Below are positions 37,511 through 47,778 of a DNA stretch of 64,000 bases, piece after piece. Numbering within the stretch: position 1 is the first letter of the stretch; every line of letters starts with the position of its first letter. Made by a program: the position numbers and the translations under genes. This DNA comes from an uncultured Verrucomicrobiae bacterium (GTDB lineage Bacteria; Verrucomicrobiota; Verrucomicrobiia; Limisphaerales; JAFGQR01): contig CAWBHS010000088.1 of assembly GCA_963788655.1 (NCBI GenBank), positions 192,001 to 256,000 on the forward strand, read 5' to 3'. Under the pieces are notes generated by a model. The model made no database searches. It had not been told where the DNA came from and saw nothing but the letters and a program-made list of their open reading frames with translations.

Positions 37511-38588
37511 TCAGTACACGCGCGGCACGATCTTGTACGGCACCTTCGCCGTGTACTCCTCCCACAGCGCGCCGTACTTCGCGTGGCAGACCTTGTCGTC
37601 GTCGGCCTGGCGCGTGAGCATCAGCGCGACGTAGTAGGCCGGGTACAGCCACACCATCCAGATTCCCGAAGTAGCCGGCGGCCAGCGCGATCGCCACCGC
37701 CTGGATGATCTCGCCCAGGTAGTTGACGTGGCGGCTGACGCCCCAGAAGCCGCTCGCGAGCAGGGTGTGCTCGCCGTCGCTCAGGGTCCGGGGCTCCATG
37801 CCGAGGAAGCGCCGCTCGGGCTCGGTCTTGAACGTGTACTTCTGCATGTTTGCGCCGCGCGTGAACACCCAGCCGATCAGGAACAGCGCGCCGAACGAGG
37901 CGGTCAGCCACACGGGACGGCCGGGGTTCGGAAGGTGCGCGGTGAACCACAGCGAGACCGTATAGAAGTAGGGGTAGAACGCGAGGCACCCGAACCCCAG
38001 CTTGAATCCCACCCGCTCGGCGATGAAGTCGTAGGTCCACAGGTGGACGCGCTCAAACGTCAGGTACTCCGTGCAGAACCACGTCAGCATGGCGCAGCCC
38101 AGCAGGAAGCCGTAGTTGATGTTCTCGACCGTCGCCACGTGATACGCCGCGAACGAGAGGACGTTCAGCTGGAGCATGACGGCGCCCACCAGGTAGAACC
38201 AGATCTTCGCGTCGATGAACCCGTCCCTCAGCTGCGGATCCTTCGCCCTGCCGAACCACAGGTCGGCGATGAACGAGCGGCCCGTCGGCGGGTAGCGCAG
38301 CACCACCCAGAACGAGTACGCCAGCCCGATCACGCACGCGCCGATCAGGCCGAGCCAGCGGGTCTCGTACAGCCAGACGTACGGAACGACGTCGAAGTAT
38401 CCGAGCAGGAACCAGATGACGACGCTCGCGCCCAGCACGAAGCGCCCGTTGGTGCGGTACTTCATCACCTCGCCCGTCGCCTCGTTCGTCACGTACCCCG
38501 GCGTCCGCCTTGCCGGGATCACGACGTGCAGCGCGGTGACGCCGAGGTACGCGATGAGCGGCGTGACCAAGCCCAGGAACAGCCTCAT
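37511..38588 (-). CDS. ERG4/ERG24-family sterol-reductase-like membrane protein, frameshift near 37660
   Basis: YRTNG, TYDFIAERVGFKLGFGCL, ANMQKYTFK, LLASGFWGVSRHVNYLGE, tail KYG.LWEEY..KVPYKIVPRVY. Confidence 0.85.
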
Positions 38589-39373
38589 GACAAACCTCCG
38601 GTGTTCTTCGCCATCATGCCGATCGCGGCCTTCCTGCTCAACAGGCGCGTCAAGACAAAGCGGCCGACCTTGTTGGTGGCTCCGGGGACGACGACGGGGC
38701 CGCGCCCCAGCGCCTTGAGCGCGGTCTCGGCGACGACGCTGGCTGGCAGGGTTCCGGGTGCGGGCTTGGTTTTCTCGGCGGCCTGGTAGCCGGGGGTCAG
38801 GATGGCGCCTGCCGCGCACGCGAGCACGTCCACGCCGCGCGGCCTCAGCTCCTTCCACAGGCCCTCGGCCAGGATCACGTTGAACGACTTGGTGGCGGCG
38901 TAGGTGGCGAGCTTCGGGCTGCCCTGACCTCCCGCGAGCGAGGACATCAGGATGACGCCGCCGCGCCCGCGCTCGATCATCGGCGCGGTGAGCAGCTTGG
39001 TGAGCAGGAGGGGCGCGCGGACGTTGACGGCCGCGGCGAGCGCCAGGTCCTCCTCGGTCGCGTCCTCGAACAGGCCGATGGGTGCGTACGCGGCGTCGTA
39101 GACCAGCAGGCCGATGTCCACCGTAAGGGCGTCCACGCGCTTCTTCACCGCGTCCCAGTCCGCCATGTCCGCCGCGATGGCGACGACGTCGACTCCATGC
39201 GCCTCGGCCAGCCGGGCCGCCGTGGCCCGGAGCCGCTCCTCGTTCCTGGCGATCAGGACCAGGTTGACGCCCCGGCTCGCGATCGCCTCGGCGAAGGCGG
39301 CGCCAAGCCCGACGGAGCCGCCCGCGACCAGCGCGTACGGACCGTACTTCTCCTTGAACGGCGCGGACGTCAT
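38585..39373 (-). CDS. SDR oxidoreductase (17beta-HSD/KAR-like)
   Basis: KYGPYALVAGGSVGLG, MSS, YAATK; ATGA-coupled to the ERG24-like gene. Confidence 0.9.
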   Translation of the reverse strand: MTSAPFKEKYGPYALVAGGSVGLGAAFAEAIASRGVNLVLIARNEERLRATAARLAEAHGVDVVAIAADMADWDAVKKRVDALTVDIGLLVYDAAYAPIGLFEDATEEDLALAAAVNVRAPLLLTKLLTAPMIERGRGGVILMSSLAGGQGSPKLATYAATKSFNVILAEGLWKELRPRGVDVLACAAGAILTPGYQAAEKTKPAPGTLPASVVAETALKALGRGPVVVPGATNKVGRFVLTRLLSRKAAIGMMAKNTGGLS

Positions 39374-39435
39374 GGCACCGACCCTACCGGCGCGGCACGA
39401 GGGTCCCGCGGACGCGGACGCGAAAGACGTCCGTG

Positions 39436-39471
39436 CGCCACGATTGGTCAACACGTTGACCAATCGTGGCG
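39436..39471. promoter_or_regulatory. Perfect 17+2+17 palindrome between divergent genes
   Basis: CGCCACGATTGGTCAAC-AC-GTTGACCAATCGTGGCG. Confidence 0.6.
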
Positions 39472-39503
39472 AACACGGTCCTGTCCCGCGTCGCGTCGGG
39501 AGC

Positions 39504-40300
39504 ATGATGGAAACCATGCGCATCGTGTCGATCGGAGACAGTTTCACCGAGGGGTTAGTCGATAAGCGGCCAGACGGCACGCTACGAGGCTGGGCGGACC
39601 GCGTCGCCATGGGACTCGCGGCAGCGCACCCCGACGAGGAGGTCTGGTACGCCAACCTCGCCGTCCGCGGGCGGCTCATCCAGCGCATCGCGACCGAGCA
39701 GCTCGACGCCGCGCTCGCCCTCGACCCGCCGCCCACCCACCTGACCTTCAACGGCGGCGGCAACGACATGCTGCGCCCCGGCTACTCCGACGATCGCATG
39801 CGCGACCTGATCACGCGCGTGCTCGACTCCTGCGCGGCCGCCGGCGTGCACGTCGTCATGCTGAGCGGCCCCGACCCCTCCGACCGCCTTCCCAACGGTC
39901 GGCGCATGCGGGAGCTGGGCACCCGCCTCACCGAGATCGTGGAACGCCTGCTCGACGGACGCGAAGGCGTCACCTTCGTCGACAACTTCCGCGACCCCGA
40001 ATCCCGCAGGGCGCCGTACTGGTCCCCTGACCGACTGCACCTGAACGCGGCAGGGCACCAACGCGTCGCCAGCCGCGTGCTCACCGCGCTCGGGGTGCCC
40101 ACCCCCGCGCCCGTCGTGCAACGGCCGACGACGCCCCCCGCGTCGGACGGCTACGCAGGGCTCTTGGCGAGGTCCGCTACTGGATGGTCTACGTGGTGCC
40201 GTGGCTGGCTCGCAGGCTCCTAGGCTCGTCGTCTGGCGACCGACGAGAGCCGAAGTTCCCCGCCTGGGTGCGGGTGCCCGACGCGACTAGGACGGACTGA
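39504..40300 (+). CDS. SGNH/GDSL hydrolase, frameshift near 40150
   Basis: GDSFTEG, GWADR, NLAVRG, GGGND, DRLHLN. Confidence 0.9.
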
Positions 40301-40832
40301 ACGTGTGCGACCAGACGAGCGTTCCGTCGGGATTCTCGTACGTGTAGCGCACCTTCGGGTCGGAGATGACGCCTGCCTTGCGCATCGCGGGGAACACATC
40401 GGTGTCGCACGACTTCTGAAGGACATCGAGGTACTTCTCGAACTCGGGGGCGGCCAATTCTGGGTCGAGGTTGTGCGCGTAGACGTAGACGTACTCGAGC
40501 GTGAGCGGCGGCACGCTCTCGACGCGGATGTCGATGTACTCGCCCTCGAACGAGGCGATGGAGGCAGGAATCCTGGGCTGGTAGGAGGCCACCAGCTTGT
40601 CGAGGGCCGCCTGCTCACGCGACGGCGCCGCTTCCGACGTGGTCGTCGTGGTCGTCGTGGTCGTCGTCTCGGTGGGGGTGACGGTCTCCGTGGACGACCC
40701 GTGCTCCCTGGTCTCCCTCGTCGCTGAACTGGACGCGGGCGTCGAGCACGCAGCCAGCATCGTCGCGAGGACGACCGTCGTGAGAATGATGGCGGAGCGC
40801 GAGCGTGTCCTGGTCATGCGTACCTCTTTCAT
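40287..40832 (-). CDS. Lipoprotein with Thr-rich linker
   Basis: Lipobox LAAC; C-terminal VRYTYENPDGT domain. Confidence 0.75.
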   Translation of the reverse strand: MKEVRMTRTRSRSAIILTTVVLATMLAACSTPASSSATRETREHGSSTETVTPTETTTTTTTTTTSEAAPSREQAALDKLVASYQPRIPASIASFEGEYIDIRVESVPPLTLEYVYVYAHNLDPELAAPEFEKYLDVLQKSCDTDVFPAMRKAGVISDPKVRYTYENPDGTLVWSHTFSPS

Positions 40833-40935
40833 GGATTCCGGAGACGACAGCCTAGCGCCACGCGCAGTGCCTCGTGGGCATGACTAGCACGCGAGCGGTG
40901 TTCACCTAGGGGGATCTCGAAAGGAGACGCGAGCC

Positions 40936-42717
40936 ATGGGCTTCGCCGACGAACACGATGCAACCGCCCACCCGCTGCGTGACTACGCCTTCGCCGGTGA
41001 CGGCGAACGCGGCATGATCATTGACCCCGACGGCGCGATCGTCTGGATGTCCGTTCCCCGCTGGGACTCCGAGGCCGTCTTCTCCGGCCTTCTGGGCGGG
41101 GCGGGTCACTTTTCCGTCACCCCGCAGGCCGCGCACCGGATCTCGGGCGGGTACTACGACGAGGGCACGCTCATCTGGCGGCACGTGTGGACCACGTCCC
41201 AGGGGGCCGTCGAGTGCGACGACGCCCTGGCGTACCCCGGCGACGACCACAGGGCCGTCGTGCTGCGCCACATCGCGTCCCGCGAGCACGCGCACGATGT
41301 CGACGTCGCCGTATCGCCCCGCGCGGGCTTCGGCTTCGCCGGCGTCACGCCTGCCACCCTGAGCGACGGCGTGTGGAGTTGGACCACGGGGGACGTCCAC
41401 GTGCGGGTGGCCGGCCTCGCCGACGCCACCTTCAGTCCCGAGGACGGCCTGGTGGGTTCGCTGCACCTCGAGGCGGGCGAGGAGCACGACGTCGTGGCCG
41501 AGTTCTCCGTGCGGCGGACGAGGACGAGCCTCTGGACGCCGACGCCCTGTGGGCGAGCACGCGCGAGGCGTGGAGGCGCGCCGTCCCCGAGATTCACGGC
41601 ACGGCGTCCGACGTAGACGTCGCCCAGTTCTACGCGGTCGCCACCGGGCTGACGAGCAGGCACGGCGGCATGGTCGCGGCGGCTACGACGAGCCTTCCGG
41701 AGCGACTCGAGGCTCACGCCAACTACGACTACCGCTACGCGTGGATCCGCGACCAATGCTTCGCGGGCCACGCCGACGCGGAACTCGGCGGGGACCGCAC
41801 GGGAGGCTACCCGCTGCTCGACGGGGCCGTCGGCTTCATCGGAGCGCGACTCGTCGCGGACGGCGCCAACCTGCGCCCCGCCTACACCGTCGCGGGCGAG
41901 CCCGTGCCGTCCGAGCGTCCGCTGCCCCTCCCCGGATACCCCAGCGCACCGCCGATCGCGGGCAACCACGTGAACGAGCAGTTCCAGCTCGACATCTTCG
42001 GCGAGGCGCTGTCGCTGTTCGCCTCCGCGGCGCGGCTCGGCAGGCTCGACGAGTTCGGATGGGAGGCGGCCGGCATCGCAGCCGACGCGATCGCGAAGCG
42101 TTGGGACGAGCCCGACGCCGGGATTTGGGAGATCGAGAACCGCTGGTGGACGCACTCCCGCCTCGCGTGCGTGGGCGGGCTGCGCGCGCTGAGCGACGTC
42201 GCGCCTAAGGGCGCTTGGCGACGACGTGGCGCGCGCTCGCGGACACCATCGAGGAGCGGCTCCTGGCGACGTGCGTGACGGCCGACGGCCGCTGGAAGAG
42301 GGCCCAGGACGACGACGCCGTCGATGCCGCCTTGGTGATCCCCGCCTTCCGCGGCGGACTCGATCCGCACGATCCCGTGAACGTCGCCACCGTCGACGCG
42401 GTGTTGCGCGACCTGGAGCGCGACGGCCACATCTATCGCTTCAAGCACGGGGACCAGGACCTGCGCTCGCCGAGGGTGCGTTCCTCCTGTGCGAGGCGTC
42501 GATGTCGCTCGCGCTGCTGCGGCTCGGCAGGCGCGAGGAGGCCGTGCGCTGGTTCGAACGCGTCCGCGGGTGCGTCGGCCCGTCGGGGCTGTTCTCTGAG
42601 GAATGGAACCCTCAGGAACGCCAGATGCGCGGCAATCTCCCTCAGGCATTCCTTCACGCGCTCGTCGCGCAGGCCGCGATCGAACTCTCAGCAGGCGACG
42701 GAGGCGATCAGCCCTAA
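40936..42717 (+). CDS. Glycoside hydrolase family 15 (trehalase/glucoamylase-like), several frameshifts
   Basis: AATTSLPE, NYDYRYAWIRD, QLDIFGE, PDAGIWE, GLFSEE, GNLPQAFLH. Confidence 0.9.
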
Positions 42718-43173
42718 GGCCTCCTCGAGCCGCTCGCACCTGTCCGCCTTCAGCGTCAATCGGATGTCGCGATCGATACCGGCTAGGCGTCGCGCGACCC
42801 GCGCCACTTCGCGAGCGCCCCGTTCGGTGAGCACGATGGTGGTGCATCGTCCGTCCAGTTCGTGACGCGTACGCATGACGAGTCCTGAGTACTCCATGCG
42901 GTCGACCAGGCCGGTCACGGCTTGCTTGGTCACGCCCAGGGATTCGGCGAGCGAGCTGACCGGGAGGCCGTAGGGGGCTCGCGCCACGTGCGCGGCGAGC
43001 CCGGCCTGAACGGCGGTCATACGCGCGTCGTTCGCCCAGACGTCGCACGCGTAGGCGACCTTGCGCGCGGTCCCGAGCAGAGCGTCGATCAACGGCGCCG
43101 GACCGCCCCGTGGAACGAGCGGAAGCTCCAGGGTGGACGCCCACGGGTCGTACCTAGTCCACTCGTCGATCAT
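42688..43173 (-). CDS. MarR-family transcriptional regulator
   Basis: VSSLAESLGVTKQAVTGLVDRME..GLV.R...DGR...LTERG. Confidence 0.8.
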   Translation of the reverse strand: MIDEWTRYDPWASTLELPLVPRGGPAPLIDALLGTARKVAYACDVWANDARMTAVQAGLAAHVARAPYGLPVSSLAESLGVTKQAVTGLVDRMEYSGLVMRTRHELDGRCTTIVLTERGAREVARVARRLAGIDRDIRLTLKADRCERLEEALGLIASVAC

Positions 43174-43415
43174 GGTCAACATGTTGACGAGTCGCGGCAG
43201 GGGGCGTCCGACGACCTCCTCGGTTGTGGAGGACGATGCCCGCGCGGGCGCCTGGGGACGACGCTGGGGCAGGGGAACGGGGCTGATGCCCGGTCCCGGG
43301 CAGGGAGTCGATCGACGGCGCCGCGCCAACGTCCGGATGACCGGCAGGTCCCGGAAACACCTCCCCTCCTCGCAATGGTCAACATGTTGACGAATTGGAG
43401 TGGGGAGGGTCTGTT

Positions 43416-43471
43416 GGCGCGCCGGGTGGGGCGCGCCGAGTGGGGCGCGCCGAGTGGGGCGCGCCGGGTGG
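43416..43471 (+). repeat. 14-bp tandem repeat x4 (GGCGCGCCGRGTGG)
   Basis: Read directly from the sequence. Confidence 0.9.
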
Positions 43472-43505
43472 GGAAAGCATCGCCCGGAACGCGCCCTATT
43501 CTCGG

Positions 43506-44888
43506 ATGGTGGTCAATCCCGATCCGCCGCCAGCGATCCCCGGCAAGAAGCGTCGTCTCGTCGACGTCGCGCCGCTAAGGGCCAGCCCCGCGTTCGCGCG
43601 GTTGTGGTTCGGCGGGGCCATCTCGGGCATCGGCGCGCAGATGACGATCGTCGCCGTCGGGCTCCAGATCTACGCGATGACCTCCTCCACATTCGCCGTC
43701 GGCCTGGTGGGCGGCATCGCGCTCGTTCCGATGATCGTCGCGGGTCTCTGGGGCGGGATGATCGCCGACGTCTTCGACCGCCGCCGCGTCCTTATCGCGT
43801 CGTCGCTCGTCAGCTGGTTCTCCACGCTCGGGCTCGTCGCACTATCCGCATGGGACGCCGTCCTTGCCCCCGATGCCCGAGCGCCCCTCTGGCCCTTCTA
43901 CGTCGTCACCACCCTCAGCGCCGTCGCCGCCACCGTCTCGGGCGCGACGCGCTCCGCCCTCGTCGGCCGCATCCTGCCCCTCGACATGATCTCCCGCGCC
44001 CGAGCGCTCGACGGGATCTCGTTCGGGCTGATGCTCACCGTCGGCCCCGCGCTCGCGGGAGTGCTCGCCGCGACCGTCGGGCTGCCGTGGACGTTCGCCG
44101 CCGACGCCGTCTTGTTCACCGCCGGGTTCCTTGGCGTGTGGATGCTGCCCGCGCTGCCGCGTCTGGGCGAACCCGTCGTCGCGGGGTGGGCGGTGCTGCG
44201 CGAGGGGCTCGCGTTCCTTCGCCGCGCGCCAAACATCCGCATGAGCTTCATCGTCGACATCGTCGCCATGACCTTCGGGCGCCCCTACGTTCTGTTCCCC
44301 GCGATCGGCGCGCTCGTGGTGGGCGGCGGGGCGCTGACGGTCGGCGCGCTGACGGCCGCGGGCGCCGTCGGGACCATCCTCACCAGCGTGTTCTCCGGGC
44401 CCGTGGCGCGGGTCAACCGGCAGGGCGTCGCGATCGGGCGGGCGATCACCGCGTTCGGGCTATTCGCGCTGGCCTTCGGCGCGATCACGCTCGTGATCAG
44501 CCGAGGCGACCACGTAGCCGCGCCCGGTTGGGAAGGGGTCCACTGGGCGTCGCTCATCGCGCTCGGCATCGCGATGGCGGGCATGGGCGCCTCCGACGAG
44601 GTGAGCGCCATCTTCCGCTCCGTCATTCTGATCCAGGCCGTGCCCGACCAGATGCGCGGACGCATCCAGGGCGTGTTCATCGTCGTGGTCACGGGAGGTC
44701 CCCGCGTCGGCGACATGTACGCGGGCGTCTTCGCCACGGCCGTCGCGCTGTGGTGCCCGCCCCTGTTCGGCGGTCTCGTGATCGCCCTCGCGATCGCCGT
44801 GCTCACGCGGCTCCGGTTCGGGGCGCGCGCGGGCGGGGGTCGAGGCACGAGCTTCCGCGACTACGACGCCCGCACGCCGACGCCGTAG
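43506..44888 (+). CDS. MFS transporter (EntS/MFS_3-like)
   Basis: FARLWFG, GGMIADVFDRRRV, PDQMRGRIQG; ~12 TM. Confidence 0.9.
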   Translation: MVVNPDPPPAIPGKKRRLVDVAPLRASPAFARLWFGGAISGIGAQMTIVAVGLQIYAMTSSTFAVGLVGGIALVPMIVAGLWGGMIADVFDRRRVLIASSLVSWFSTLGLVALSAWDAVLAPDARAPLWPFYVVTTLSAVAATVSGATRSALVGRILPLDMISRARALDGISFGLMLTVGPALAGVLAATVGLPWTFAADAVLFTAGFLGVWMLPALPRLGEPVVAGWAVLREGLAFLRRAPNIRMSFIVDIVAMTFGRPYVLFPAIGALVVGGGALTVGALTAAGAVGTILTSVFSGPVARVNRQGVAIGRAITAFGLFALAFGAITLVISRGDHVAAPGWEGVHWASLIALGIAMAGMGASDEVSAIFRSVILIQAVPDQMRGRIQGVFIVVVTGGPRVGDMYAGVFATAVALWCPPLFGGLVIALAIAVLTRLRFGARAGGGRGTSFRDYDARTPTP

Positions 44889-44938
44889 GCCGCCGACGCC
44901 CTAGGTCCCCGTCGCGCGAGAACCGCTAGATTCTCCGT

Positions 44939-45687
44939 GTGGCCACCGTCCCCGAGTCCAGCGCCGAGTCCGACCCCGAGTCCGACCCCGAGTGGGACAG
45001 GCGTTTCGACGAGGAGGAGCGGATTGGCGCGGCTGAGGACGCCGCGCAGCGACGCGAGGCGTCGGCGGTACTGAGCGTTGCGCCGGACCTGAGCGTCTAC
45101 AGGAACCCAGGGCGCTACCCTGCTGCTCGGCCGTCGCGACGGCGACGCGATCGCGTGGGCGAGCATCCGGCGCGTCGTGGCGATTCTCGGAGTGACGGGG
45201 ATCGGTCTCGAGGTCGCCATCCTGACCGTGCCCCGCTGGCTGTCGAACGACTCCTCCATGCTTGAGGTCGTCGGCTTCCTCGGCATCGTGTTCGGCGCGG
45301 TCGCCTGGATCGTCAGGTTTGGCGGTGGCCGCGGGACGAGCCCTCATCGCCGCCCGAGTCGGCTCTCCGGTCTACCTCAGCGTGAGCGCACGGCGCGTCC
45401 GCCTGGTGCGCTGGGGCTGGCCGTTCTTGAGGGCGTCAATTCCCCTCAAGGCGGGCGTCACGATCTACGCCACACAACGTGCGCGCGCGGCGTCGAAGGC
45501 CGAGGCGGGTGCCCTGAACCGGTGGAAACTCGAGTCCAAGCTTGCCTGGCTCGACTCGTACCCCGACGGGAAGGGTCTGAGTTTCTGCACCTACTACCGC
45601 GTGAGCGCCGTCGCCATCGCGGAGCTGCGGGCTGCGCTCGAGGCGCACGGCGTCGAGCTGAAGTACCGTTCGAGTACTCCCCGCTAG
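44939..45687 (+). CDS. Hypothetical membrane protein, frameshifted
   Basis: Coding-like segments in three successive frames, including two TM helices. Confidence 0.45.
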
Positions 45688-45698
45688 GAGGGTCGCCC

Positions 45699-46466
45699 AT
45701 GATCGATGCGAGCGTCGTCGTCCCGGGAGGACGGGTCGCGGCGTACACGAGCGCCGTCTCGCCGGGGCGGCAACTCTTCGGCGCCTTCATGACCGTCCTC
45801 CTCATCGTGGGGATCATCATGGGGGTGCGCGCGCTCGCGAAGCCCGCATGGAAGAAGCGCCGCGCGCAGCTCGCGGCGTACGCGGCGCAGCGCGGCTGGA
45901 CGTACCGGCCCGACGCGCGCCCGTGGGCGTCCACCTTCTCGCCCCGACCGTTCAACGCCGGCGTGAACCGCAAGGCGCGCGACCTGCTGTCCGGGACCAT
46001 GGGGACGTACCCCTGGGTCTCGTTCGAATACGTCTACATCGACAAGAACATCGGTTACGACCCCGGCGGTAACGGCGAGGTGGCACGCACGTACTTCTTC
46101 TCGGTGGTCGCGTTGAGGCTCGGCTGGACCATCCCGACAACAGAGTTCATCCCCGAGGGCATCACCCAGAAGGCGGCCAAGGTGCTGGGCGGCGACGACC
46201 TTGACGTCGAGTCGGACGCCTTCAACCGCATGTGGCGCGTCCAAACGGACGACGAGCGCGCGGCCCACGCGCTGCTCACCCCGACCATGATCGAACGGCT
46301 CATGCAGGCGGACTTCGTGGGGGAGCCGTTCTTCTTGGAGAAGGGGTACCTGGTGCACTTCGCCGAGGGTCCACGCTCCGAGTACGAGGTGGACTCCATG
46401 CTCAGCCTCTGCTCGAACTTCCTCGACCTGATTCCCGCGTTCGTGCGGGAGGACTACGCGGGCTGA
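45699..46466 (+). CDS. Membrane-anchored hypothetical protein (DUF3137-like)
   Basis: TM then KKRRAQLAAYAAQRGWTY...DLDVESDAFNR...LLTPTMIERL. Confidence 0.75.
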   Translation: MIDASVVVPGGRVAAYTSAVSPGRQLFGAFMTVLLIVGIIMGVRALAKPAWKKRRAQLAAYAAQRGWTYRPDARPWASTFSPRPFNAGVNRKARDLLSGTMGTYPWVSFEYVYIDKNIGYDPGGNGEVARTYFFSVVALRLGWTIPTTEFIPEGITQKAAKVLGGDDLDVESDAFNRMWRVQTDDERAAHALLTPTMIERLMQADFVGEPFFLEKGYLVHFAEGPRSEYEVDSMLSLCSNFLDLIPAFVREDYAG

Positions 46467-46502
46467 GTCGGCGCCGTCTCGGCCCGCGTATGCTCGACCC
46501 TC

Positions 46503-47021
46503 GTGGCGTACCCCGGAGGTTGGCGGCGAAGCAAGCGCGTGACGCTCGCGCGCGGGCTCGTCTCGTACGTACCTCTCGCCGCGGCCGCGGCGATACTCGT
46601 CGCCACCGCCCCCGCCGACGTCTCCTTGTCCTTCTGGGCGATCTTCGGCCTCCTGAGCATCGTCCCGACGCTGTGGTACCTGGGCGGCGGGGCCCTCGCC
46701 GATCACTTCATCAGCCGCTTCGGTGCGCTCGCGACGCTCCTCGCGCACGCCGTCGGTAACGTCATCTCGTTCGTCCTGGTGCTCATCGGCTTATACGTCG
46801 GCGCCATCATCGGCGACCAGGGCCTCGGTGGACCCTTCGCGTTTCTGTGGGTGCTCGTCGTCCCGGTCTTCACGGTCGTCGCGTTCGTGCTCGCCTGGCT
46901 CGTCCCCGGGTCATTCCCTCGCGGTCGCGGGCTCGCGCTCGACGGCACGAGGCTCGCGTGGCGCTGGCTGCGTTCCGTGATGCGTCACATCACCGCCTCG
47001 GCGCGCTCCGTCCGGCACTAG
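46503..47021 (+). CDS. Membrane protein (4 TM)
   Basis: Four hydrophobic segments. Confidence 0.65.
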   Translation: MAYPGGWRRSKRVTLARGLVSYVPLAAAAAILVATAPADVSLSFWAIFGLLSIVPTLWYLGGGALADHFISRFGALATLLAHAVGNVISFVLVLIGLYVGAIIGDQGLGGPFAFLWVLVVPVFTVVAFVLAWLVPGSFPRGRGLALDGTRLAWRWLRSVMRHITASARSVRH

Positions 47022-47043
47022 CGCGCACCGCTAGGGTGAGCGC

Positions 47044-47625
47044 ATGGAACCCCGCCCCATCCTCGTCAGACCGTCGAATCTTCCCGCCCTCCCCGGATAC
47101 GAGAAGTACGTTCGTAGCCTGAGAAACTCGACGATCCTGATGGTCGTCTACCCGATCGTCATCTTGGCCATCGCCCTGGCCCGGGGATTCGAACTCGTCG
47201 CCACAATCGTGGTTGTCGCCGCGTTCGCGGCGGTTGACGCGATCCTCGCCCGAAGCTTCCTGAAGGAACGCGCGAGGGTGACGGCGACCATGAGTGGCGA
47301 GATGCCGCTCGTCACCGCTCACGAAGTCGAGGGTGGTTTCGAGCTGCGATCCAGTCGCTCCAGCCAGACGCGAGGCGGGCTGCCGGTTCGGCCCGGCGAC
47401 GCCCTAGACATCGTGGTCGAAGAAGCCCACGATCCCCGGGGACGCAGGCGGCGGCCCGGGTACGTTCAGTGGGTATTTCTCAACGGCGACGAGAGGCCGC
47501 TACCCGTGGCGTCGTGGTTTGACCCCGACGATTCGCTCCTTCGCGACGTCGAGCGCCGCATCAAGGCCCTGGGGGCAACGGCGGAGACGACCCACGTCCC
47601 CTTCGGCGAGAAGCCCGCAGCCTAA
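47044..47625 (+). CDS. Membrane-anchored hypothetical protein
   Basis: Two TM segments; leaderless TAGGGT promoter. Confidence 0.65.
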   Translation: MEPRPILVRPSNLPALPGYEKYVRSLRNSTILMVVYPIVILAIALARGFELVATIVVVAAFAAVDAILARSFLKERARVTATMSGEMPLVTAHEVEGGFELRSSRSSQTRGGLPVRPGDALDIVVEEAHDPRGRRRRPGYVQWVFLNGDERPLPVASWFDPDDSLLRDVERRIKALGATAETTHVPFGEKPAA

Positions 47626-47778
47626 TTTCCCGTAATGCCCGGAACGGCCCATCCGCGGCGAGATTCCGACGAGACGCCGCGCAAGCAAACTGATATGTTC
47701 GCTCCAGCGGGGCGCACCCCGTAACAGATACCGGAGGCCGTGCGACGGCACTCCACCAGACCAGACGGGATGCGGACG

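Noticed and set aside
43416..43471. Tandem repeat as a CRISPR array
   Set aside because: 14-bp units with no spacers and no cas genes in the window.
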